A stretch of DNA of 56,072 nt from a virus (taxonomy: Duplodnaviria > Caudoviricetes): the IMG/VR virus record IMGVR_UViG_3300042346_000589, positions 1-56,072 of that record. One strand, written 5' to 3'. Both the position numbers and the translations under genes were made by a program. Under the pieces are notes generated by a model. It made no database searches, was not told the origin of the DNA, and saw nothing but the letters and a program-made list of their open reading frames with translations. Shown piece after piece: positions 9,530 through 20,200 of this stretch; the stretch's first letter is position 1, and each line of letters starts with the position of its first letter.

Positions 9530-11380
9530 ATGGCAAATAATAAAATACGGGTAACAGATTTAGATTTTGCAGAAATAAAAACCAATCTGGTTTCATATCT
9601 TTCTGGGCAAGATACATTAAAAGATTACAATTTTGAAGGTAGTGCTTTATCCACATTGGTAAACATTTTAGCATATAATACACATTATAATGCAGTATTG
9701 GCCAATTTAATTGGCAATGAAATGTTTTTAGATTCTGCTGTTACTAGATCAGCAATTGTATCCAAAGCAACTGAATTAAACTATGTTCCAAAATCTGTTA
9801 CCAGTGCAATGGCAACAGTTAACATTACTGTTAGAAACGTACCAGGAAATCCACAATCTGTTACATTGCCAAAGAATACAAAATTTACTACATCTATAAA
9901 TGGTAAATCATATTCTTTTATAACAAATTCTTCTTATATTGCTCCAAATATTTCAAACGTATATACATTTTCAAATGTACAATTGTTTGAAGGGGTTTTA
10001 TCTGTTGCAACATTTGCTGCAAATTCTTCTGGAATATACACATTGCCAACAGATGATATAGATGTTGGATCATTATCTGTGTTGGTACAAGAAAGTTCAT
10101 CAAATTTAAATGTTGAGCCATATTTAAGATGTATGGATATAACTGGTGTCACAGCATCGTCCCAAGTATTTTTTGTACAGGGATACAAAGAATATTCATA
10201 CCAAATATATTTTGGTGACAATGTTATTGGAAAAAGACCATCGCCAGGAAATATTGTAATAGTTGAATATATAAAATCTAGTGGTAATGCTGCAAACAAT
10301 GCAAAAGTATTTGGGCGTTTTGGTTCTACTACCATTGGTGGATCAAGCAATATAACAATCTCAACCATTACTCAATCAACTGGTGGTCAATCGGCAGAAT
10401 CATCTGAAAATGTCAAATATAATGCAGTGAAATCGTTCACAGCACAAAACAGAATGGTTACCCCAGATGATTATAAGATATTATTAAAGCAAGAACTAGA
10501 CATAATTAAATCAATTTCTGTTTGGGGTGGCGAGGATAATAATCCTCCAGATTTTGGTGCAGTGTATATATGCATTGAGCCAACAAATTCTGATTACTTA
10601 TCAGAAACTGATAAACAATATATTATAAACTATATTATACATAGTAAAAAAATTATTGGAATAAGACCAAAAATTGTAGATGCTCAATACATTTATTTGA
10701 AAATAAATTGCTCAGTATATTATAACTACAATAAAACCAATTTGACTGATACCCAATTGGCTAGTAATGTATTAACAACTATTAAAAATTATAACACAAA
10801 CAATTTAGAAAAATTTGATGGTGTATTTAGATATTCTGCGTTATCATCGTTGATCGATAATACCGATCCCAGCATTGTTAGCAATATCACGACAATGTCT
10901 ATGCACCAATATTTAATCCCAAATTATAACAAACCAACAAGTTATACAATAAATTTTTTAAATCCTATTTATCAAAACGAATTTAAAACTGCCGAAAACA
11001 GTTTTAGATCATCAAGAGGGTTTAGAATTTCTGGAGACAATAAGACATATTATTTTGAAGATGATGGCGACAAATATATCAGATTATTTTATTACAATGG
11101 AACGGAAAAAATATTTGTAAAAAACAATATTGGAACAATTGATTATATCAATGGAACTGTAAAGTTAAATACTATATCAATTTCATCCATAGATTTGGCA
11201 AATGATTCTGATGTAGGATTGGAAATTATTGCAGTACCAATGTCAAATGATGTTATTCCAGTTGGCAACATGATTATAAAAATAAATGATTCTGATATCA
11301 AAACTTCGGCTATTGTTGATACAATTTCATCTGGTTATAATGTGTCTGGTTCAAAATATATTTTTACAGAAAGTAGATAA
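9530..11380 (+). CDS. gp6: baseplate wedge subunit gp6
   Basis: LDF.EIK.NL..YL..Q..KDYNFEGS.LS.L...LAYNTHYNA, EMFLDSA..R, FGDNVIGK, QNRMVT..DY, VWGGEDN.PP. Confidence 0.95.
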   Translation: MANNKIRVTDLDFAEIKTNLVSYLSGQDTLKDYNFEGSALSTLVNILAYNTHYNAVLANLIGNEMFLDSAVTRSAIVSKATELNYVPKSVTSAMATVNITVRNVPGNPQSVTLPKNTKFTTSINGKSYSFITNSSYIAPNISNVYTFSNVQLFEGVLSVATFAANSSGIYTLPTDDIDVGSLSVLVQESSSNLNVEPYLRCMDITGVTASSQVFFVQGYKEYSYQIYFGDNVIGKRPSPGNIVIVEYIKSSGNAANNAKVFGRFGSTTIGGSSNITISTITQSTGGQSAESSENVKYNAVKSFTAQNRMVTPDDYKILLKQELDIIKSISVWGGEDNNPPDFGAVYICIEPTNSDYLSETDKQYIINYIIHSKKIIGIRPKIVDAQYIYLKINCSVYYNYNKTNLTDTQLASNVLTTIKNYNTNNLEKFDGVFRYSALSSLIDNTDPSIVSNITTMSMHQYLIPNYNKPTSYTINFLNPIYQNEFKTAENSFRSSRGFRISGDNKTYYFEDDGDKYIRLFYYNGTEKIFVKNNIGTIDYINGTVKLNTISISSIDLANDSDVGLEIIAVPMSNDVIPVGNMIIKINDSDIKTSAIVDTISSGYNVSGSKYIFTESR

Positions 11381-12006
11381 TGTCAACACAATATCATAAT
11401 ATATTAAATACAATACCTGAACATATTGTTTCCAATTATCCTTTATTCACGGATTTTATAAAGGCATATTATGAATATTTGGAACAAACTGGAAATCCTT
11501 CCGACATTATAAACAATTTATCTAAATATGCCAGCATTGATGGCACATTGGATTCATTTTTGGAATATTTCAAATTGCAATATATGAATAATATTCCAAA
11601 GGATATAATGTGTGATGAAAGATTGCTGTTGAAACATATAAAGGAGTTATACAATTCAAAGGGATCAGAAGCATCATACAGATTATTATTCAGAGCATTA
11701 TACAATAAGGAAATATCTTTTTATACTCCTGGGGATAGTGTTTTACGTCCATCTGATAGCAAATGGAAACAAGATTATTCTATTTGCGTAAAAATTCAAA
11801 AAACTGTTCCATATGAATCAATCTTAACATGTTTGAATAAAAAGGTTAAAATAACTGGAACAGATGGATTGCCGGTTTATGCATTGGTTACCAATATTAG
11901 ACAGTTAAAAGATTTGTCTGATTCTTTTGATGATGGTTATCATTATTTGGAATTCTTTGTTATAAATAATCTAACAACTATAGACAGAATAAAATCAATC
12001 AGTTAA
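11380..12006 (+). CDS. baseplate wedge gp7, N-terminal part
   Basis: YPLF..F.KAYYEYLE, LLKHIKELYNSKGSEASYRLLFR.LY...I..Y.PGD.VLRPSD.KW is the gp7-type N-terminus; follows gp6. Confidence 0.7.
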   Translation: MSTQYHNILNTIPEHIVSNYPLFTDFIKAYYEYLEQTGNPSDIINNLSKYASIDGTLDSFLEYFKLQYMNNIPKDIMCDERLLLKHIKELYNSKGSEASYRLLFRALYNKEISFYTPGDSVLRPSDSKWKQDYSICVKIQKTVPYESILTCLNKKVKITGTDGLPVYALVTNIRQLKDLSDSFDDGYHYLEFFVINNLTTIDRIKSIS

Positions 12007-12018
12007 GGTGGAATAGGA

Positions 12019-12666
12019 ATGGCCCAATTATATACAAATAATGCTGTTGGATATTTGTTATCCAGTATAACCAATACATCAACAACAATTGTGTTGCAGG
12101 CTGGGCAAGGAGCATTGTTTCCAACAATTTCTAATGTGTCTGATTTTTTTATGATAACAATTTATTCCATTGTCGATGGAGTAGAATACAATCATGAAAT
12201 TATAAAGGTGCAAGCTAGGTCAGGGGATTATCTGACATGTACAAGGGCACAAGAAGGAACTTTGGCCAGACCTTGGGCAGCAGGTGCTCCAGTTGAGTGC
12301 AGAATTACTGCACAATCTATGAGCACAATATCTGCCACAGCATTGTTTGCTACTCCACCAACAACCATTTCTACTACAACTTATACAATTCTGGCAACAG
12401 ATATTTCTTTAATATTTACCAATGCAAATTGTACAGTTACGATGCCGACTCCTGCATCAAATCGTGGTAGATTATTGTTTTTAAGAAACAAAAACTTGTA
12501 CACAGATTATGGTCCAAGTCAGGAAACATCTATTGTAAGTGCTTCGACAAATATATTAGGCATATTGGATGTAACTCCTTCAACCAATATCTTGCCAGCA
12601 TCTGCTGGAAAATTTGTTATATTGCAATCAGATGGCACCAATTGGGTTGCCATTGCTGGATCATAA
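12019..12666 (+). CDS. small fibre/adhesin-like virion protein inserted within the gp7 region
   Basis: RBS AAGGTGG/AGGA; N-terminal ~100 aa similar to the N-terminus of the fibre at 46578; C-terminal LQSDGTNW motif. Confidence 0.6.
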   Translation: MAQLYTNNAVGYLLSSITNTSTTIVLQAGQGALFPTISNVSDFFMITIYSIVDGVEYNHEIIKVQARSGDYLTCTRAQEGTLARPWAAGAPVECRITAQSMSTISATALFATPPTTISTTTYTILATDISLIFTNANCTVTMPTPASNRGRLLFLRNKNLYTDYGPSQETSIVSASTNILGILDVTPSTNILPASAGKFVILQSDGTNWVAIAGS

Positions 12667-12669
12667 TAT

Positions 12670-13923
12670 ATGATAGTTGATGGATCAATTTTAAACGGTT
12701 CCCCGTTAAATGGGTCTGGATTAGTACAATCCCAACAAAACAGTATATCAAATATTACTGTTGAATTTGAAAACGTATTTTCTGGTATATTATTACCAAC
12801 AATTTATTCCACATCTGTTCTATATGGTGGAAGTGGTTTTTATGAAGGCGTATATTCTGATATTTCCACCAATAATGGTAAAATACTTGTAAACCAATGT
12901 AAAAACACTTCTATCGTAAACATAGAAGTTATTAGATTTGGATACAATTATTACACTCCATTTAAACAAATTTTATATCCAACATCTAAAAGATATGCAA
13001 TAGCTTCAGCAATTGTGGCAAATGGTAAAATTTCATCCATTTCATTGATTGATGGCGGAAGTGGTTATACTGTTGCCCCAACTGTAAAAATAATTGGTGG
13101 TGGAGGGAAAGGCGCAAAAATAACTTGTACAGTATCTGGTGGGGCAGTAACTGCCATAACTTTGGTTCACGATGGTAACTTTTATACATCCAATCCAGTT
13201 ATAATATTTGATGCAGATGTTGCAGTGATTGAGTATTCTATTGGAAACATTAGAAAATATCCTGGTTACTATGATGATTCAAATAGTTTGGTTTCCGATG
13301 AAAGTTTTATACAAGATGGATTTTATTATCAGACATATTCATATGAAATAGAAGTGGATGAATTGTTTAACAAATATAAAAATATAGTTAAACAACTTTT
13401 ACATCCATCGGGATATAATATGTTTGGCGCAATCGCCAAATTTGATATACAGATTATTACTTCTATTGCAAATATACTCAGTCTACAAGTTGACCAATTT
13501 CCTATTGATCAAATTTTTATATCAGATAATGATCCACAAGCATTTAAGAAATATTTTTATAAAGTTTTAATAGATCAAATTGATTCATTATCTGACAGTA
13601 TGTTCTATAGTCTTCTAAAATTGCTTGAAGATAGTACATCAATTGAAGATGATGTGTTCATAAGTAGGTTATTAACCTTTGCCCATTCTGTATCAGTAAC
13701 TGATCAATTGGCAAAACAAGTTGATAAAATATTTAATGATTCTACTTCTTCAATAACTGATTCAATAAACCGTCAACAAAATTTTAAATCTGTTATATTA
13801 TTTGATTCGATTATTGCAACAAATGTTTCCATGTCTGAATCATATGGCACAACTGGCAACATAGATTATTTTGCCGAAGACTATTTACAAGATATTGATG
13901 CATTTGTATCAACCATACAATAA
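12670..13923 (+). CDS. baseplate wedge gp7, C-terminal part
   Basis: GGSGYT repeats; GYY...S..S...IQDGFYYQTYSYEI...YKNIVKQLLHPSG..MFG gp7 C-terminal motif. Confidence 0.7.
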   Translation: MIVDGSILNGSPLNGSGLVQSQQNSISNITVEFENVFSGILLPTIYSTSVLYGGSGFYEGVYSDISTNNGKILVNQCKNTSIVNIEVIRFGYNYYTPFKQILYPTSKRYAIASAIVANGKISSISLIDGGSGYTVAPTVKIIGGGGKGAKITCTVSGGAVTAITLVHDGNFYTSNPVIIFDADVAVIEYSIGNIRKYPGYYDDSNSLVSDESFIQDGFYYQTYSYEIEVDELFNKYKNIVKQLLHPSGYNMFGAIAKFDIQIITSIANILSLQVDQFPIDQIFISDNDPQAFKKYFYKVLIDQIDSLSDSMFYSLLKLLEDSTSIEDDVFISRLLTFAHSVSVTDQLAKQVDKIFNDSTSSITDSINRQQNFKSVILFDSIIATNVSMSESYGTTGNIDYFAEDYLQDIDAFVSTIQ

Positions 13924-13950
13924 ATAATACACAAATAATTAGGGGAACCA

Positions 13951-14472
13951 ATGAACAATTTTGAAACAACGTTTAAAGTATCTGGTGTAGTAGATATTAC
14001 CGTATTTGATGAATATGGTAATATAAAAGATACCAGACATATTACAAATAAAGTGGTAACATCTGGATCAGATTTCATTGCAAATCGTATGAAAGATGCA
14101 ACAATTCCAGCTATGTCATTTATGGCTGTTGGCAATGCCTCTACTGCGCCAGTTGCTGGCGATGTATGGGCACAAACAAATGGTGCAGCAGTTGGAAGCA
14201 CAACTGGTATCACTGGTGGCAATACTGCATCAATATCGCCGCCACCAATTATTGGCACATCTGGTATTAGTTATACTATTCAATATCAGGCAACATTTGC
14301 TGCTGGTGTCGGCACAGGTACTTTGCAAGAAGCTGGATTATTTAACACAAATACTTTGCCAGTATCTGGCACAGGAAAAATGTTAGCAAGAGCAGCATTT
14401 AACCCAGTATCAAAATCTTCTACAGATGCAATGGCCATTACTTGGACAATTACTATAGCAGTTACATCATAA
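13951..14472 (+). CDS. virion structural protein (fibre-attachment-like)
   Basis: ATAAATA and GGGGA RBS upstream; N.VV..G, F.AG.GTG.L.EAGLFN, MLAR..F..V.K...D...ITWTI motif. Confidence 0.65.
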   Translation: MNNFETTFKVSGVVDITVFDEYGNIKDTRHITNKVVTSGSDFIANRMKDATIPAMSFMAVGNASTAPVAGDVWAQTNGAAVGSTTGITGGNTASISPPPIIGTSGISYTIQYQATFAAGVGTGTLQEAGLFNTNTLPVSGTGKMLARAAFNPVSKSSTDAMAITWTITIAVTS

Positions 14473-14473
14473 T

Positions 14474-17242
14474 ATGTCAACATCTTCTGCAACATCTTTA
14501 TCACATACCATTATTGCAAAAACTGTATATAATGAAATAATTTCTGGAAGAGATACTTATTACTATTTCTTTGGTAGAAATCTACCATTTAGTAATAATG
14601 GTATTGAAAACATTGCAGGAAATTTGAATTATGAGAATGAAACTCGTAAAAATATGGTGTTATTTAAAAAAGTTAATTCAAGCGATATTGCGCATTGCGC
14701 AAAAAGGATTAATTGGGTAAATGGTACTGTATATGATATGTACGACGATTCGTACCATGGTGGAGAGATAACAACAATATCTGTAACAAATGGTGGATCA
14801 AATTATTCAGATGCCGCAAAAATTGTTATAGAATCTCCAATAAATGGTAACGATGCCGTTGCAGTGCCAGTTATAGTAAATGGGGAAATTGTTAGTGTAA
14901 ATATTATTTCTGTTGGTTATGGGTTTACCCATGCGCCATTGGTTACAATTGTTGATACAACTGGTTCTGGTGCAACATTTTCGTCGGTTATATCCGACAC
15001 ACATTTGGCATATTCTGGCGCAAATTCATTAGATACAGCAAATTTTTATGTTTTAACTGATGAGTACAAAGTATATAAATGTATTGGCAATAATGGAGAT
15101 TCTCCATCTACTACAATGCCAATTCATACATCTGCTGATCCATATATAACAATAGATGGATATATATGGAAATTTATGTACAGTATTCCAAATACTTTAC
15201 AAAATAAATGGCTAACATCTGCATATATGCCTGTTACCACAGAATTGACTAATTCATATTATTCAAATGGTGGTATAGATAATGTTACAATTGTTGCTCC
15301 TGGAAGTGGTTACACAAAGGGAACTGCCACAAAATTGGCGCTAATTGGTGATGGGTTTGGTGTATCATTGAATCCATATGTCGCGAATGGATCGATTATA
15401 TCAGTAGATGTTGCAAATGGTGGAACTGGTGTCAATGTTTCTACCACAAAAATAGTTAAATCTGTTTCAATTGTTGCAAATGTTGCAACAATTGAAACAT
15501 ATGATGCTCACAAATTGGTTGTTGGTACATCTATCACAATTCCAAGTGGGGCATATAGTGGCACGTATGTTGTATCAGATGTAACTTCAAATAATGTATT
15601 TAAGGCACCAATTGTAACAGGAAATGTGACAGATGATTTTGGATATATCCAATTTGTAACACCAACTAATACAGCAAAGACTATTACATCTATTGTTAGA
15701 GATAATAATATAGTAACAGTAACCACATCTGTTGCACATGGATTTGAACTTGGTATAATAGCAACAATTTCTGGTATAACTCCTGGCGGAGCAAGCACTG
15801 ATTTAAATGGATCGTTCATAATCGAACAAATAGTTAGCACAACAGTATTCAGATTTGCTCTATCTGGGGATAATTGTTCATATTCTACCGGATCAGTAAT
15901 ATTCAATAAAGTTGGAATATCTTCTGCATCTCTATCTAGCAATGTTGTAACAATTACTTGCCCAACTCCACACAAACGAGTTATTGGCAACCAAGTTACT
16001 ATTTTTTCTAATAATACCGCAATAGGTCAAAATGTTACTGCAACAGTTACTGCTATTTCTGGGGAATACACATTCACATATGCCAAAACTGCAGCAAATA
16101 CAACACGAATTTCTCATACCGTAACATATCCAACTGCTATAAAAGTTATTGGTAATGGAATAGGAAAATTTCCACCAAATTCTGTGGCAAAAGTTGCCCC
16201 AGGCATTTTAACCAATAGTATACAATATGTTGGAGTTGTTGACCCAGGTGTTGGGTACTCTAGTGGAAATAGTGTTAGCATAAGTGTATCTGGTGATGGT
16301 TCTGGTGCAAGTTTGGATGCAGTTGTGTCTCAGTCAGGACAATTAGATTCAATTATTATAAACAATCCTGGTACTGGGTATACATATACAAACATATCTG
16401 TTTCAGATTCTGGCTCCGGCACCGGAGCAAAATTGGTTGCAACTACATCTAAAGGCAATATTGACACATTACAATATTTGGTAGAAATTCAGGCAATAGA
16501 TGGCGCAATTTATTCGATAAAAATGTTAACTAGTGGAAGTGGCTATACTACTGCAACAATTGGTATTGTTGGAGATGGAAAAAATGCCGAAGCTGTTGCA
16601 ACCTTAAATTCTACTGGAGAAATTGTTAAAATTGATATAACAAATCCTGGATATGGTTATACTTTTGCAACCATTAATATAGTTGGCAATGGTGTTGGTG
16701 CAACAGCTAGAGCAATTATGTCACCAAAGGGTGGGCATGGTAGAAATGCTGTAAAAGAATTGTATGCGTCAAATTTAATATTTTTCACCAATTTAAATGA
16801 TGGCGATACCATAAATGGAACAGAAATAACCAATGATTACAGACAATATGGCTTACTGAAAAATCCAACAATATTTAATAGCACTTTGTTATACAACGAA
16901 AGACATGGAACAACCTGTTATACAGTTGGCGGAGATTTTGGTGGAATTATTTTTGCTCCAGATACCGTTCTAAGAATTATAAAAAGTTCAACAACATATT
17001 TGTTCCATGTTGTTGCATGTAAAACTAATTTAGCAATAATTATCCCATTATCTGGATATATTCCAGCCATTGGGGACACAATGGAAGATGCATCAAACCC
17101 ATCTGATGATTTTGTTGTTTCATCAATAATTGAACCAGATGTGGACAAATATTCTGGTGATTTGATATATTTAAATAACCAATTACCTTTTTCACAATCA
17201 TCTGGACAATCTATCAAATCTAGGACAGTAATTGGTTTCTAG
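14474..17242 (+). CDS. gp8: baseplate wedge gp8, expanded with inserted beta-rich repeats
   Basis: RINW..GTVYDMY.D, NFYVLTDEYKVYKCI.N, DGYIWKFMY.I, SPKGGHG.N..KEL, NDYRQ.GL.KNP, SGDLIYL.N. Confidence 0.85.
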   Translation: MSTSSATSLSHTIIAKTVYNEIISGRDTYYYFFGRNLPFSNNGIENIAGNLNYENETRKNMVLFKKVNSSDIAHCAKRINWVNGTVYDMYDDSYHGGEITTISVTNGGSNYSDAAKIVIESPINGNDAVAVPVIVNGEIVSVNIISVGYGFTHAPLVTIVDTTGSGATFSSVISDTHLAYSGANSLDTANFYVLTDEYKVYKCIGNNGDSPSTTMPIHTSADPYITIDGYIWKFMYSIPNTLQNKWLTSAYMPVTTELTNSYYSNGGIDNVTIVAPGSGYTKGTATKLALIGDGFGVSLNPYVANGSIISVDVANGGTGVNVSTTKIVKSVSIVANVATIETYDAHKLVVGTSITIPSGAYSGTYVVSDVTSNNVFKAPIVTGNVTDDFGYIQFVTPTNTAKTITSIVRDNNIVTVTTSVAHGFELGIIATISGITPGGASTDLNGSFIIEQIVSTTVFRFALSGDNCSYSTGSVIFNKVGISSASLSSNVVTITCPTPHKRVIGNQVTIFSNNTAIGQNVTATVTAISGEYTFTYAKTAANTTRISHTVTYPTAIKVIGNGIGKFPPNSVAKVAPGILTNSIQYVGVVDPGVGYSSGNSVSISVSGDGSGASLDAVVSQSGQLDSIIINNPGTGYTYTNISVSDSGSGTGAKLVATTSKGNIDTLQYLVEIQAIDGAIYSIKMLTSGSGYTTATIGIVGDGKNAEAVATLNSTGEIVKIDITNPGYGYTFATINIVGNGVGATARAIMSPKGGHGRNAVKELYASNLIFFTNLNDGDTINGTEITNDYRQYGLLKNPTIFNSTLLYNERHGTTCYTVGGDFGGIIFAPDTVLRIIKSSTTYLFHVVACKTNLAIIIPLSGYIPAIGDTMEDASNPSDDFVVSSIIEPDVDKYSGDLIYLNNQLPFSQSSGQSIKSRTVIGF

Positions 17243-17245
17243 TCA

Positions 17246-17253
17246 TATAAATA
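17246..17253 (+). promoter_or_regulatory. T4-type late promoter
   Basis: Exact TATAAATA in the intergenic gap before the 2043-aa ORF. Confidence 0.7.
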
Positions 17254-17285
17254 GTTGACATATAATAACAATTTAGGATAACACC

Positions 17286-20200
17286 GTGGCAGATTTTTCA
17301 GTTGCACCATATTTTGACGATTTTGATGAAAATGCAAAATTTTTAAAAATTTTGTTCAGACCTGGATACGGTGTTCAGGCCAGAGAATTGACCCAAGCAC
17401 AAACAATTCTTCAAAATCAAATTTCCAGATTTGGAAACCATATTTTCCGAGACGGAACCATGGTTATTCCAGGAAATATTGGAAACGATTTGGTAGAATA
17501 TGTTAAACTAAACACAACAACATCTTTAGGCGACTTAACTACAACAATTATTTCACAATTAGATAATACTGTTGTAACTGGTAAAACTTCTGGCGTAAAA
17601 GCATTGGTCATACTTTCTTCTTTGGAAGAAGGTTCTGACCCAAATACATTATATGTAAAATATCTAAATTCTGGCACAACTTCTGTATTCATTAATGGAG
17701 AAGATTTGATTTCAGATGCAGAATTTCCAATTACTGTTACAGTTGCGGCAGCATCTGCCACAGGAACTGGAAGTATTGCAACAATTCAAAATGGTATATA
17801 TTATATAAAAGGTAATTTTGTTCTAGTTGATAAACAAATTATCATATTGGACAAATACGCCTCTACACCATCATACAAAATTGGTCTTCAAATTTCAGAA
17901 GAAATCGTGACTCCAGAGGTTGATCAATCATTATATGATAATGCAATTGGTTCACCAAACCAATCTGCTCCTGGTGCCCATAGATACAAAATTGCCACAA
18001 CATTAATAAAACTGCCAATTGACTCAACCAGTGATGCAGATTTTATTGAATTATTACGATTAATAGATAATGTTGTACAATTAAAAGTTACCAAAACTGA
18101 CTATTCAGAATTGGAAAAAACATTTGCAAGAAGAACTTATGATGAATCTGGTGACTATCTTGTAAATGGATTTAACATTGAACTAAAAGAACATAGAAAC
18201 AATGATCGTGGCGAAAGAACTTCATCAACTGCTTACCTGATTGGTGATATTATTACAGTTGGGGGGAATACTTATGTTGCCAAAAGTAATGGAACATCTG
18301 CAACATCTGCCCCAAGTTTTGGGACAACTTTTGCCCTAATTACTGATGGAACAGTAACTTGGCAATATGCCCCCAAACCTGCGTATAATAATGGATTAAA
18401 TGTTTCTACAGGAAATGAGGCAAAATTTGTTGCAGCAATTTCTCCAGGTAAAGCCTATGTAAAAGGATTTGAATTAGAAAAATTCAATACCACTTATGTC
18501 GATATTGACAAATCAAGAACATTTAATAGATCAAACTCTGCAGTAATTGGCACAACTGTCGGAAATTATATCAAAGTTGAAAATTTATTTTGTATTCCTG
18601 ATACCCTTGGCACAGATTTTCCAATAGTATCTCTATATAGTTTAAGGGTTTCTACACCTGGAACAGCAAATGGTTCCAAGATTGGTGAAGCTCGTGTTAG
18701 ATGGATTGAAAAAGACGATGTAACCAATAGTTACAAAGTATTTTTGTTTGATATAAACATGAATGCTGGTAAAAATTTTGACAGACATGTTAAAAGTATT
18801 TACAAAGCAAATACTGCACCAATGGCGCATTTTACTGCAGATATTTTACCAGATTTGTATGAATTGAGTGGCTCTGTTTCATCCAATGCAACATCTGTTA
18901 CCGGAACCGGTACAAAATTTTTAACAGAACTTGTTGCAGATGATTATGTTTCAATTTCTGGGCAAATTGCCAGAGTATCTGAAGCAGTTTCAAACAATAA
19001 TACCTTAACAATAACTGGTGGGCCAACTGTTACAAATCCTGTGCCAATTTATTTGGTATATAATACATTATATGAACCAGATAATGCGAAGTTAATTTTT
19101 CCATTTCCTAATGAATATTTGCGGATGGTTAGGTCAGAAGATGATCTATCTTATGCAGATACTGTTATCAATAAAACAAAATATTTTCCAAGAAGACAGT
19201 CAACAGTTGGTGGAACAATAACCATAGATGTTGACAGCAGCTCAACAGATACATTTTTGCCGTATACGGCACAGAATTATACTGTTATCAACGATAATGG
19301 TACAATTGCATCTGGGTATACAGTATCTATTCCAAGTCCTTATACAAGTGCAACCATTTCTGGTTTAACTGCAAACACATATTATACAATTTTGGCCGGT
19401 GTCCGGCAAAAAGGGTTACAGGAAAAAACCAAAACATTGGTATTGGCAACATTAGATGTAACCACATTGGATGCAGTTAGTGCCCAACGGATATATTTGG
19501 TTCCAGATGTATATAAAGTATTAAGTATCAAACAGGCACCAGCATTTGGAACCATTAATGTGTCGAATGTTGCATCCCTAGATATATCTAATCAATTCAT
19601 GTTAGATGATGGGCAAAGAGATACCCATTATGATGCAGGCTCTGTATATTTGGCAGCAAATGCTCCAAAACCAACTGGATCAATTAGAATTGAGTATGAA
19701 TATTTTGACCATTCTGCAGGAGATTATTTCACTGTAGATTCTTACAAGAATGTTATTCCATACAATGAAATATTGCCATTGTTAAGAGATTCTATTGATT
19801 TTAGACCAAGAATTGAAGACAATAGAACTGGATATATTATTACAGATATTGGTATACCAAAACGTGGTTATACTGCTGAAGCAGATTATTCATTCTATAA
19901 TGCAAAATGGGTCAATTTGGAATTGGATATGTATGGTAATTTTTTTGCTGTAGATGGTATCCCAAGTGTTGATCCACAAATTCCGCAAAATTCTAAAAAT
20001 AGTATGCATATGGCACAGATGTATGTAGAGCCATACACATTATTTGCCAATGAAGAATCTATTGAAGTAACACCAATTGATAACAAACGATATACAATGC
20101 GTGATATTGGAAAATTGGAAAAACGAATTTCTAATATTGAATATTATACATCATTATCATTATTGGAACAAGAAACTAAATCTTTGTCCATTTTAGACAA

